DNA of 64,000 nucleotides from Magallana gigas (Eukaryota): NCBI RefSeq assembly GCF_963853765.1, contig NC_088861.1, positions 19,282,001 to 19,346,000 of the forward strand, read 5' to 3'. Shown piece by piece: positions 1 to 13,591 of this stretch (position 1 is its first letter; each line of letters starts with the position of its first letter). The notes under the pieces were generated by a model. It saw only the letters and a program-made list of their open reading frames with translations, ran no database searches and was not told where the DNA came from. The position numbers and the translations under genes were made by a program.

Positions 1-1330
1 GTGTTTGACTCACTGCTATCGGTTTTTAGTCCAAGTGAATCCATCTTTTTTTTACAAATTGGATATTGTTCATGGGAGCAGCCATATTGCTATAGTGTTT
101 CTGTTTATAACGCATTCTCTAATTGGTCATAATAAGAGGTCAAAACAGTTTAAAAATGAGTACTTTCACTATGGCTGAAAATATGATATCTGTATGTAGG
201 TTATATGCTGATATCAACTCCTTACAACAATGTTCAGATAATATTAATCTTATTAAACAAAATCTCAATCATAATATCAAAATATTAGATGAGTGGTAAA
301 AAAAGGGTTGTCAAAAAATAATCCACAAAAAACCAGGGCTGTTTTTTTTCATTTGAAAAATCTACATCATTTTCCTAATTTATTTTTCGAAAATTGTCAA
401 TTAGAATATGTTACTGAACACAAACATGTTTATGTTTTCTCATGCTGCACAACCTCACCGCAGCTCCGTTTTTGCTGTCTGATAAATGAACTCAACACTT
501 GTGAATGATGAAATATGTCATTTACTAAAAATGACGAAAGTAAAGAAAAATATAAACAACATAGTAGGGGATCAGACCCAAAACTGTTCACACAAAATGT
601 TAAATAACTTATCAATATGCTGATCCCCTTAAAATACAGAAAAACAATATTTTGTTCAAAATTATAAACAATATATACAAACCAAGAAAAGATGGCACCT
701 CAAAAATAAAATATGCCATATGCAAAATAACAATATTTTGTACATGTATGCAACTTTCGAATATTGGAGTGGAGAAGCGGGGATGGTGGTGGGTGTATCA
801 AAACATTACTCGTGCTAACACTCTCATAGATGAAGACAGAATGACCCTACTCTCACTGGTCAGATACTGACCGCATCAAACCACGTGACCGTATCGCTTA
901 ATTTGATTGGCTATTAAATTAAATTTGGGGAGAATTACACCATGGAATTTTTAGCAATTACATAATAGGTCACTGGGAGGTTTTTAGACTAGGAATTTGG
1001 GCTAAAAATAGACATGGACAGTGACCACTGCAGGGAAATTACATAATATGGCCAACGACCTCTACAAGGCCTGGGAAAGAAATGCAACTTATCTAATCAA
1101 ACATAAACATGAAAAATACAATAAATCAGCAAATAAAATTATAGCATTCAACACATAAATACAATTATTAACATAATTGTTGTTTGGTATACAGTTTTCT
1201 TCAATTCTAAGTTGGTCACAACATATTGATAACATTGTTAAAAAAGCTTACAAAACTGGGTTAACTTAACAATGCTCTTGATTATTCTGTTCCAAAATTA
1301 AGAATAGAACTATATTCCTGATACTGTCAG
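1..1330 (+). pseudogene. Decayed CR1/L2-type LINE reverse-transcriptase fragments
   Basis: Manual translation gives CRLYADINSL (degenerate YADD, ~196-225), NLNHNIKILDEW, NPQKTRAVFF, PNLFFENCQLEYVTEHKH, LFKIINN, and at ~1170-1260 LFGIQFSSILSWSQHIDNIVKKAYK. All are typical RT/post-RT motifs, broken by stops and indels. Boundaries are approximate. Confidence 0.55.
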
Positions 1331-3992
1331 AAGATGAAATGCCCTTAGTCTTGACAGAAGAGAGGTAACCTCTATAAAAACATTTTTAAAACTGTTTATA
1401 CAATGGTATGGTAAAACTTCAGAAATATCTTTCAATCTGAAAAAAGATTTTCAAAAATAACTCAGATAGGATTGAGACACAACTGTATTTTTAATTCTGA
1501 CATTCTGATGTAATTTAATATCGAGTCCAAATTGTTCATGTGGCTTTCTAGAAGATGCGTATCATTTGTTCTTTGTCTGTAAAACTTCTTTGATAGATGA
1601 TCGAGCTCTTAGCATTACATTATATACACATGATAGATGTACAATTACTTTTATGGGGGATGATTCTTTGACGAATACACAAATCACTGATATTTTCAAG
1701 ACTGTAGTGAATGTGGTCACTTCTCAAAAAAAAGAAGAAGTTTAAATTCATGATATCATATTATATATGAAGTACATGTATACTGTTTATTCATGTATAT
1801 TTCTATGTATTTATATATATCATTGGCAATATTTATAAATTTTATTGTAAGAAGACTACCTAAGTTACTTGTATTTAGAACTTGTGTTTTATCAATTTGA
1901 TTTAATCAATAACATATGCTAAATTCAACTTCGGTTGAGTAAGATAACCAAACAAAACATTCCAAAAACAAATTGTCCTTCTTTACTTAGAATGACTGTG
2001 TTATGAATTTTTAAAAAAATACTAAAATTTGATTTTGAAATGATTATGTCTGACTTACTGACAAATCTAGAAGAGAACATGTCACTTAATTCTTAGGGAC
2101 TGGGAAAATGTTGGTCATCTTTATAATGTCTTCTTTAATCCTCGAAATTCCCAATCGAATTTGATGTGTCACTAAATATGGATTTTTTTTTGGTTTTCCA
2201 CAGTACTAGTAAAAATACATGTAATTCTGAACCTACCAATGATAAGAAACACAGTTTTAGATTTGTCTTTAAACATATTTTTTATGTTAAAATTTTCAAA
2301 ATGTTTTATTGATCTTTGATTATTCATGAAGTTTTCTTTAACTTAATAATAAACCAACTAGTTTTGTATATTTTTTCCGTTTAAGGCTGTGGCATTCACT
2401 GATATGAACAACCTTGTTGCTTTCCTTCCTTTATACATTATATATGTATAATCATCTAAGACAACATTACTATACTCTACAAATGGTCTTTAAAATTGTA
2501 CAATAAAAGAAGTATGAAAAAAGCCATAGGTAATGGTGTTGAATTTACATTAACTTAGTCGCATGACTTTCATTAATACATGTACCTTGTATATATAGGT
2601 AGTTTCAAACTTGCTTCAGACTGAATGGTTAAAATTTGATGAGTTTGGATTGTATCCAGAACTTTAAATGAGGATAAGGAAGCATATTTTCTATGGAAAT
2701 ACTATCAATTGAATAAAAACAAAGTACTTTTTTCATTTTTTCTCTCCCATTTTATTGTTCCAATTGAAAATCAGCAAGAATATAACCATATGATAAATGC
2801 ATAATACATAATTCCCTGAAAAATGTGCTTCTAAAAAACATTCATCTCTGTAATTTAGTAAAATATTAAGTACACAATCGTCAATGGATTTTGGATTTAT
2901 ACAATAGGTACAATGAAAAGTCAATCTAAACAGCATCAAAGAAAAGGAAACATGGCTTCTAGGTCCACCTCGCCCGCGAGTTGGAGGTAATGGATTGGGA
3001 ATTGGAAATCGTGTTGTTGTAGTAAAGGCTCTTCAAAAGCTGTAAATAAATGGATCAATTTTACTTCACATATTTCTGCGCTTTTCATGGATTCACAAGG
3101 TTCTTGAAAATTTTCGCTGCTTTTAATTTCATTTTCTCGTTTATTATGTATTTTTGTCTTCTTATGCAATTGTGTTTTAAACAAATGTCAATGTTTAATG
3201 TTTATATTTCATATTCTTAACTTTTATCAATACTACAATGTACTTTTTTTCGATTCTAAGATTCTAAGATTTTTTGAAAGACCAAACGTAGGTTGCTTTT
3301 TCGAAAAAGTATTGTGTTTTTTATGATGACGTTAAATGTTTGTTAAACAAAAACAAATGTTTTCCGTGTCATCGTGAATCGTTTGAAGTTATGGGGCTTG
3401 TAATTGACATGACAGATAAAAAGATTGCCTCATTAATAAAATTAACCTCTGCTGCTTGACCAGTTTTTGCCTTCAAGTGGCTATATATATTTCTAGTGAT
3501 TCATAAAAAAAAACTTCTATCGATGTGTTTGTTGCGTATAATCCCACGCTTTCTATTTAGTATTATCTAAATTACTTATTTCTTTAAATGAACAAAAAAT
3601 TACACAGAAAGGTGTGAAAAAAGATGAACTGGAAAATAAGAAATGAAAAATCAAGATTTAAATTAAAGTGTTGTGAATTGAAAATGGCTGCTTAAGAAAA
3701 ACGGCTATGTGTACTTGTTAAAAGACGTGAATGGGTAAATATGTGCAAAATACATTGTATAAGTATGCATAGTGCTATTATGATATTAGTACCATTAACA
3801 ATGATCAACAATTTATATTTAGATGCATACTAAGTAAGAACTTCTTACGACAGACATATATAACCTTTGATTTGGTTATAATACTGTGCATTGTGCAAAT
3901 GCTAAATACTAATAGTGAAAAACAGAAACGTTACAGTTAAGTAAGAGAAAAATTGTTAATAAAAGGACAAAGACATGTACCCATCACATGCA

Positions 3993-4478
3993 TCACAATT
4001 CCATCAGCTCTAGAAGCCAGCCCCACCCTCCGTGCTCTCCCGTCCACCAAGGTTCTGACTGGTTTAGCTCTATCTTATATTCTGGCTCCTCTACACCCGC
4101 TTCTTTTTCTTCGGTCTTAGTTTTCTTTTTGCGTGAGAGCTTTTGCTTTTTAGTAGGTCTAGTTTTGTTTCGGCGCTTAGCCTCTTTTTTACCAGCACCG
4201 CCACCATTTTGTTTAGTTGATTTTACTTCCGTACCTCCTTCGTCAGCACATTCTAATACACAGGCTTGCTTGATCATCTTGCAGTCGCGAACACAGTCAA
4301 ATAACAGCTTTCTGTTCTTGGATATAGGGAATTTGCAGTCATTTGAACACTGGAAGTTCGTAGAATCACACTTGTTCAAACAAATGTCTCCCTTGGATGC
4401 AGGTTTTTTGCTTGGCGCTGACGACACTATACAGAGAATGGTGGTTACAAAGACGCTTGTTGGCGAGATGAGCTGCAT
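3993..4478 (-). CDS. Secreted 161-aa Cys-rich protein: signal peptide, CX3CX6CX3C-X13-CX3CX6CX3C domain, Lys/Arg-rich tract, acidic tract, Trp/Gly-rich tail
   Basis: Open ATG-to-TGA ORF with a hydrophobic N-terminus ending VSS|AP and a regular Cys pattern. A candidate 5'UTR splice acceptor (tgtgttgcag, AG at 4498-4497) lies 18 nt upstream of the ATG. Confidence 0.8.
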   Translation of the reverse strand: MQLISPTSVFVTTILCIVSSAPSKKPASKGDICLNKCDSTNFQCSNDCKFPISKNRKLLFDCVRDCKMIKQACVLECADEGGTEVKSTKQNGGGAGKKEAKRRNKTRPTKKQKLSRKKKTKTEEKEAGVEEPEYKIELNQSEPWWTGEHGGWGWLLELMEL

Positions 4479-6799
4479 TGTGATCTAAAAGAGCACCTGC
4501 AACACAGAGAGACTGTTCAGTTACCACACTTAATCTTCTTACCCAAAATCCTTCCCTTTTGCAACCAATACTGATTTAACATTAATTTGTTTGGATTTTT
4601 ATACTAACTGAAACATTTGCATAATTTGAGGTTTAATCATAAATGGAGACATAATATACCACTTTAAAACTATGGATCTAATTATGTTTGATTTATCTGC
4701 TATATTTACACTGTTATCACATGCTTTTGGCTGTTTCTTACAACGTTAAGTTTAAGGTTCAAACCAACGCTCATTAATTATCTCTTTGCCGTCCTTTACG
4801 GCAGAAAGTGTAATCATGACTCTTAATTTTGTGGCAGTAATTAACATGTTCTGATTCAAAAGCTAAAATTTGTTTGTAATTCTGTTCAGTTTGTAACACA
4901 TTTCTATCGTAACCATTAATTCCTTTAAAATTTGAAAAAAAATATACTTCTGATGATTAGAACTGTACAAAACATAACAAACTTAATGGGTGTAATAATA
5001 AAGTAAAATGTAAAATACATAAGAACATAAACATGGGATTATTTATTAAAAACAATTTATAATTCTTCGTAATTCTATGTTTAAAAGTTTATAATAACAA
5101 CATAAATACATGTGTATACTACAAAAAAAGATTGATTTTGGATGATACATGATCTGTCTTCTTGCGTAGGTGTATTTAACAGCTTATAAATCAAGAAATA
5201 CCAACTGTAAAATGTGTATGAAAATGTACTTGATTACCATTCTAGAAATAGAATTTTTCTCTTTTGAAGAAGTCTAAAAAGTTTTGAGGACGGCTCTAAT
5301 GAGACATAATACAGGTTGACCAAATGGCCTTTACTCATCCTAAACCCATATAATGAATACTTTTCTATTTTAAAAGTACTAAAACATTATGTTACAAAAA
5401 TGTACATGTATTTCTATTCTCAACGTTTAATTTTTATAGTTTTGCACTTTTGTAAAAAGCAATTGGATTTTTTTTTTAAACAATCATTATTTCTATTTCT
5501 ATGACTTTTAAATTGACTTTCTGACATGGTTTAACACGTGACGAAAATGTGCACTTTTACCTTTCCCAACACTATTATTAAATTTTAAAGATAAACTGCT
5601 CGATTTATTGCAGTGTGCAAACGAATTATGTATATAGTGTTTTGAATGGTCTTTGCCATTTTTGAACTTTATGAATCATTTTTTGATGAAGAAATTTTTA
5701 TACACTGTATATAGATATAAATAAAATACAACATTTAAATCTAAATATTCGGAGTTTTAGTTACAAACAAATAGTTAAATACCAAATATTCTAAAGGATA
5801 ATTGGTAATTTGTTGAGCATCTAGCCTATAAAGCATACATGTATTAACATGTATCCAAAAAGTTGAGCATAATTTTTTTCCTAACGATTACGCAAATTAT
5901 AATTGTCATTAGATTTATAACTTACCTGAATAATTTTCAAATCAGTTCAATGAAATATTAAGACTGCAATGGTGTATTAAACTCTGAATTAACATAACAG
6001 CGTTAACCTCTATAATCATATGCTTAATGGTGGAGCCACGGGAACAGACTGAGACCACAACATGTGAGGGGTCCGTTTAAAGGCTAATTGTCTCATGATT
6101 AATATAATTACTAACTACGCAGGATTCGGCTGCAAACATAACTTTTTAAATAACTTTGATGTTGAGGAATGTATTATATCTTGTTAAACTGTAATGGGCT
6201 TCTTCCAGGTGAATTTGTATCTTGACGAAATATTTTTTAACCGACAAGACATTTTTTAGCAAAACATTTCCTTTTCTAAACATCACGTATCTCATATGGT
6301 GAGCTATTAATAATTGTGATGTATGGTATAAGCAGATGATACAGACAATGACGAACTCAATTTCTCTTGAATTCTTTCTCGTTTTGACCTTTGACATGCG
6401 CATGATTAGCAAAAATGATTCAGACAATATAGTTTTATGGCTTGATAAAGACAATAACTTAACTGTCAACAAATTATCTGTCGTTCTAATGAAAAAACCT
6501 CAAACACATTAACAGTTCAAAATTTGTAAAAAAAATTTATATATACCTAATAATAGATGTTTTATGTCTCAGGCACACGATGAAGTAAAACTAATCCAAA
6601 ATTTGTACTTTCGATGTAAGGCTTTTTTTTTAATTTAAAAAAGGGATTATTTTGGACACTGGTTGTTTAGAAATAATTGGGTTTTTCTCTTTTATCTCCT
6701 TAATTTTCACAAAATATTTTTTCATTCCCATACGAATTTAATTCATGTTCGTTTTTAGCATTGTTGTTTTCATCGCAAACGGAAACATTTTCTCCTTAA

Positions 6800-7292
6800 A
6801 GGGGCATGGTCACGATTTTGGTCAAATTTTATTTTTCTGTTTTTATTATTTACAATGCTTTAGGAATGCATTTCTAATGATCAAATAAAACTTGGGTGCC
6901 AGTCGTTGAGTTTTAAGCAAGATACAGGGCTTACAATTCTTCCTCATGTAAACAAGGCTCGTGCCCTGTTTTTGTTTACATAGGTTCAATATACCATTAA
7001 AAAATCTTTTTAAAGCTGGTTTGTCTATCTTATTATTCATTTTAAGCATAAATAAACAGTTCCTAACGATTAACACATTCATTTTAGGTCTAAAACTGGA
7101 ATTTTCACTTCAACATTCAAAATGTAAACAAACCGCTTTGTTTACATGGCGAAGAATTGTAAGCTCTGTGACTCGCTTATGGCTCATCAAATGACACTCA
7201 AATTTTGGTTGCCTATTAAAAATACCTTACTGAAGCATTGTAAACAATAAAATCGAGAGAAAAAATTTGACCAAAATCGTGACCATGCCCCT
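6800..7292. mobile_element. Non-autonomous Kolobok-like DNA transposon (MITE), 493 bp
   Basis: Perfect 31-bp TIR aggggcatggtcacgattttggtcaaatttt. TTAA on both flanks (6796-6799, 7293-7296). RR...YY termini fit Kolobok rather than piggyBac. Confidence 0.85.
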
Positions 7293-7484
7293 TTAATTCT
7301 CAGAGGCAATACGATAACTGTCAAAAAAAAGGTATATGTATAAATTTCATACAAAATATAAATTTTAAAACCCCGTTATTAAAAGAATTGTGTAACCGAA
7401 AATTAACAATTTAGTTACAAACTCAATCCATTAGGTGCACTATCTCGAAAAAATCATTTAGTAACATCACAAAGGCGTATATAG

Positions 7485-7740
7485 TTTAGTGTAGTTTAGT
7501 GCAGTTAACTGGGGATATAGTGTAGTAGTGTAAATGTTCAAAGAAGTTTTATGTACTTGCATACGTGTAGTATAATATATGCAAAATAATGTTATTGAAA
7601 CCTACCCGATTGTGTAATGTTAGTTTAGTGTAATATAAGTGTGGAGTAATGTTAGTGTAGTGTAATTTAAGTGTAGAGTAATGTTGGTGTATGTATTTAG
7701 GTGTAGTGTAATATTAGTGTTATGTAATGTAAGCGAAGTG
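7485..7740. repeat. Degenerate (TAGTG/GTGTA)n low-complexity repeat
   Basis: Recurrent gtgta/tagtg/gtaat pentamer-like units. Confidence 0.6.
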
Positions 7741-10339
7741 AAGAGAAATGAAGCTTATTAAATCGACACTGTTCTTATGCATATTATTGTGCACATTTTT
7801 ATTCACCCATATCAAATGATCTGTAGAGGACACAAGTTATACATATGAAAACAAATTGAAATAGTTAATGTATTTTCAGGGCAACGAAATAAAAATTTGC
7901 GTGAAAATATCAGATATGAGTTTTTGGTCTTAAACGATGAATTAATTTTAAAAAATCCAAAATATGCTAGCTTTAAAAATTATTAACTAAAGCAGAGTAT
8001 TGTTATCTAAAATGGTTACCACCGATATACCACCGATATAAAAGTCTTTATGAAATGATTAACGAAACTTATGTTGTTTAACACTGAAATGATCACCATG
8101 GCAAATGAATACATAGTAAAGTTTGTTCAGAATCAATTGTTTGGTAATTCTTATTAAAACATATGCATGCAATGAAGGAACCCCCATCAATATGAACAAA
8201 TTTTACCGGATATATTACTTTCAATCATACTTAGAAAATCTGGCACGATTCTAGTTTATTTGTAACGCACGGAAATGTAAGCCCTCTAACAAATTATTGA
8301 AACAAATTGCTTTGAGCAACTGAAAGGGAGCGTGCTTGTATTATTAGTAACACAATGACTAATTTCTTATCATTACAAAATAAAGCTGCATTTTTAAAAA
8401 TGAAATTAGCATTGTAAAATACCCGTATTTAGATAACAATTAACCAATTATGTCCTTAAATAGCAAACAATCAAACATTTTACCATAGACACGTTGAAAT
8501 ATTAAAAAGTTGTAATGTAATTGCAATAACTCTAATCTTTTGAAGGCTATTTGCGGCATTGCTAATTCATCAATTTAAATCATAAAGTTCTGATATAAAT
8601 TTAGATAATCCAACATATGAAATAAGCACATAGTGGATATTTACATTTAGATGTTTCATGTTTTGATTTATTAACGAGAATACCTTTAATTGTTCTAGAA
8701 GTAATTAGCGAAACGCTTTTTAACCGTAATGAGTTATTCTCTGACGTTATACAAACATGTACTTGATCCATCTGCCATAATTTTCAGCAATCAGTCTAAT
8801 TAAGAACACTTTATGCAACCAGAGCATTCTGCAAGAGTAAAAATAAATCTAATTTAAATGGGATCTATATTCCATAATGTTAATTATTGATTTTTTTAAG
8901 TAATTTATTTTCTGGACAAAGGGCTAGAAATATCATTTATGCGTAATGTTGACTTGTCACTAGATTTCATGATTTAATATGTTATTTTATTTGTTTCTTG
9001 CACTATTATTTGCACGAGATAAGACGTCTAGAGACTTCAATAAGACACAGTAGAAACGATTAGGTTTTAACTTTTAGTATTGTGACGATTTGCTTCTGAA
9101 CTGCTGTAACAAAGAAATAGACGTCAACGTAGTCAACATCATTTCTTTCTTAAACCTGTGTCAAAATTCTTGCTAAATTTGAATCATGATATCATTCATA
9201 TTGTTGTATTACATGTATAAAATCAATGTACGGTTATTTCAAAGATGGTCAAGGGAATTTCAAGTTTCCTTGACAATTACATGTACCCTTACTGTCAATG
9301 GTTAAAGCATATGGCTGCCGTCTTTATGTGTGCAACAAGAGGCTTATGAACACTTCCTCCTGGTCTTGGAAGTTAATCTTTATTATCCCTTTATTCCGTG
9401 CATACCTCCTCAAATAACAACAGAAATAGTTTAACCACTTCTAGTGTCAATTCATATCAATACACAAACCAAATCATGTACAAATTAAAGAAACTTTAAG
9501 AAAATGAAAATATTTCATAAAGGAGACGGTTAAATATTAATATTTCAGCTGTAAAAAAATAAAATATTTTAAGCATATTCTATTAGAAATTTTTTTTATC
9601 AAGTCGTTTTATGGATATTATCTAAATTAGAGTTTAAATCTCTTATTGCTAAAAATCAGAAATACTTATTTTACATGAAGAAAAACTACTAGTCAAAACT
9701 GATTAGTTATCAAAACGTTGCAAAACACAGGGAATAAGTTGTTTTTTTTTTAAATAACTTACATTTTTGTCACATTGTCATGCAGAATAAATGTATTTAA
9801 TTTCTTTGTTCAAAAATAATTGACCACGCACAATAATAGTTTGATACATTTTCCGTTTTAATTAAGATTTGATATGTCAGTTGAAACTTATAAAAGTTTC
9901 GATTAATCTTTCATGGTTACAAGTGATAAAATGGTATTTTGTTATAATTCAAAATTTTAATGAACAACATTTGATTGGAACGGCATGGTTATAGATCACT
10001 TTGAAATAAGTTTTAAAAAATCGATATGAGAATTTTATATAAAAGACTCATCAATAATTTTAAACTTTAATTTATTTAAAAAAATTGCTATAATATTAGA
10101 TAAATGCTTTGATTATGATAAATAACACAAGTGCAGACATTGAGAAAATGAAGCCCTTTAATATTAAGTGTTTTCTAGATGTAAGTAAGCGTAGCTACAT
10201 ATGTCTTTTTAAATGTTAATCTTGATGAAAACTAAAAGAAAGTTAAATAATTGGAAACGGACAAGCATTAAATGTGTAATGAACTGAGTACTAGTTACAA
10301 AACCCTAAACATTTTATATATATGTTACTTTAAACCTCC

Positions 10340-10342
<3 letters not shown>

Positions 10343-10396
<54 letters not shown>
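10343..10396. repeat. (TC)n microsatellite
   Basis: Uninterrupted TC run of about 27 units. Confidence 0.95.
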
Positions 10397-10402
<6 letters not shown>

Positions 10403-11221
10403 TGATTCAGCACTCCCGGTATAATTCATTTCAGTGACAAATTAACAAAACGTTCCTTGTTTATAACAAAGAACGAGAAAATGATTATAAGCAGCTTTGA
10501 GTTTCCGTGTCAAGCAAAATGAATAAATGTGTGTCATTCGCACGTGGAGAATCATTCTGTCACATCAATATGTGAAGGTCAAGGGCATGCAAAGTCTCGC
10601 TATTATTTCACGCTGTTGACTGTAAAACCCAAAAACTATTTTTTTTTAATTTTTTTTTCTGCAATATTCACGTTTCATATAATGCCGACCTAATGCTTTA
10701 ATGGCTTTTTATCGTTTCTGCAAAATGTTTCACCTGTTTTGATGGGTTATGCATCGTTTGATACGGGAAATTATTAAAAATTGCAAAAGACGTCACTTTC
10801 GTCTCCCATTTGCTTACAAATCTCATCTTATTATCCTGCAGTTTGCCCGCCATTGTCTTTGGATAATGCTATCATAGTTTTCTAGGCATTAATTTTATAC
10901 AGTACTCCAATCGCGTATGATTTCCTATCGGTGTTATAAAATTAAACTTTGGATAAATCTTAAAACATTACACAATAATTTACTTCTAAAGTTTATTTGC
11001 CACATATTTCGCCACACAAAACAAGACTTTATCCAAAAATCTAGTGCAACCCTTTGAAAACTGCTAAAATTGTGATCTAGCATTGTGTAGATTTATACAT
11101 CATACATGTTAATCAAAATGCAAGTGAGCGTTTGGAAAATATCAAACAAATATCATATAAATGAAACTTAAACAATAACAATGAAGAAGCCTAACACCAA
11201 CTACGACCCAGACACACAGTA

Positions 11222-11448
11222 CTGTAAATTCCTTATTTTATGCGAATACTTAATTTCGTGATTCCACTGTTTTGTGTCAAATCGCGAGAATATAAAATCG
11301 TAATCACCAATTTTTTGTTAACATTTCCTATAGTTCAAAACTGTCAAAAAAAATAAAGATTTAAAATAGAGATTTAAAATTCCGCGAGGGTTGCTTCTCG
11401 CGATATTACGCGAAAATTAATTCCTCGCGTTTAATTAGGAATCTACAG
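11222..11448. mobile_element. TA-TSD MITE (Tc1/mariner-like), 227 bp
   Basis: TA|ctgtaaattcctta... and ...taggaatctacag|TA. Imperfect TIR of about 24 bp. Confidence 0.7.
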
Positions 11449-13591
11449 TACTATGTTCCAAGGATGCATAAATACAACAATCCATCGGCCGAACACTTCT
11501 TTATATAGTCACAAAAAAGAATATTTATAGGTAAAAACAGTTTTCCCGTTTTAAATTCGACCGCCTTTGAATAAGCCCGATTTTGATTTCGTCTTCTGAA
11601 GAAAAATACATGTACAGTAAATAAATGATTCATTTTAATTATTAAATAATACAACTTAATAAGATCTAGAACCTTTTAATCGCAAGAAAAATGACATCTA
11701 TGACAAAGATGGAAATTTTAAATATTTTCTATCTGCATTCTTTCGTAGATAAAACTTGTGTCAATCTTTAGGCCCTTTAGGTAACCTTCCAGAAAAGAAA
11801 AAGACGTAAGATTATATTTAACGTTAAAAAAATCATAAGACAAAAATGAATCATTTCTTATTGTTTTATACAATTCATGATCAGCATGCACTCAATAAAA
11901 GCCGACATTTGATGACTGAAATGTTTTTATGGCCATTAAAATTACTGAAAGTACATGCACATTATGCAACTATCCATTGACATTGTATAAATAATAAAAA
12001 GACAAAGAAACAGTCAGCTGGGTTTAAAATTAGTGACAAAATGATGAAAAACATGTATGTACAATATTAGAAAAGATAACATTGTCAGTATCATTTTATA
12101 GCACATTCTTGAAATAACAGCATTGAATATATAGTATTACATGAGTGCACAATGTTTGCAAAAATTAATTCTCTTAACACTTTATGTTTATTCTATTTTA
12201 GTTTCCAGACCATGACATTAATGAATATTTCTTGAATGGAATGCATTAGGATTAGGATGGAACCTTAATCTATTTGGGTTCAGCTATACGATGACAAAAT
12301 TTAAAATAATTTAAATTTGGTCTAAGAATTAGTTCTTATAATATTAATGTTCACACAACGGTTTATTATTAACTAGCTTTTATTAAATTTCATTTACATC
12401 AAAAAGACGTTAACTCTACCTACTAACGTACTGCAGGGTTAGATTTCTGAATGAAAGCTATACACGTTATAATTGGCGTTGATTTTGAATGACAGTGAAA
12501 ACGCATATGTTTGTCTACTTATAAAAATTACCTTTATTCTGTCAATTACAGTGGTGAACTCCATCTCGTGTACAAAGGTATAGACTTTTAATTGTTAATT
12601 TTCCTGCCAAGAAAGTATTACCTTTTCATGAATATTGATGAAGAAAGAGCGAAGCCGACCTCATTGCGCATGTCCGCCGGAAATCAGGTTGTCGTTATTG
12701 TTTGTCTAATTAGATATCCGACTTGATTTTTAATATGCTTAACAGTTGTTAATTTGAAATACATACATGTATAATAAATAAAATACGTTTGTCACTCACG
12801 ATACCCTTATTTTTGCACTAACACTTACATGTTCTAAAAATAGAACATATGGGGAAACACATACAGGTCTACGTCATTATTTTTTAAGGAAGCATTCATA
12901 TATACTCATGGAATCGTATTTTTTTGTACTTGTATTTTGGACAAATTTATGCTTTACTGAAAATATCCTTTCCTTTGTAAAATGATTACAATTATGAAGA
13001 TGTTGACCTTACACAAAGTTTTGCATGATAGACTAAATTTAGCTGTCGACATCACGTGGTATATTGGTATTCATTAGGAGGCATTACTTTCCTTGCAGAA
13101 AAATAAATACTTTTTTATTGTTTAATATTTGATGTTTTTGTTACGTGATCGAATTGAGCATTGTAATTAACAGCATAAAGGTAACTTTTTTAAAGTAATC
13201 AAACACATGCATTTTCACCGTTATTCAAAATTGACGCAAATTATAGCGTGTATAGCTTTAAGTCTTTACTGAGATATTACATAATACAAAATAGCCAAAT
13301 GTTTTATATTGTGAAATTAATAAATTATCATATTTACATGTATTTAACCCAGTGACACATTTTATGACGCTATAGCATTTTGGCAACGCACTTCGAATAA
13401 ATTTTTTAACATTCATTCATTTATTTCAATCTCAACACCATTGCACAATGGTACACAGAGATTATAATAATACAATATGTGGTATTTCTTAATAATTAAC
13501 AATGCATGCGTAAGCGAGAGAGAGAGAGAGAAAAAAAAAACAAAAACATATAAACTCTGACTCGTTAATACAAATGTGAAGTATGGGGGTT

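Noticed and set aside
2936-3184. 82-aa minus-strand ORF with a locally GC-richer patch
   Set aside because: I found no recognisable motif in any frame and no convincing splice partner.
3988-4488. 166-aa plus-strand ORF
   Set aside because: It is the antisense shadow of the minus-strand secreted protein and has no independent motif.
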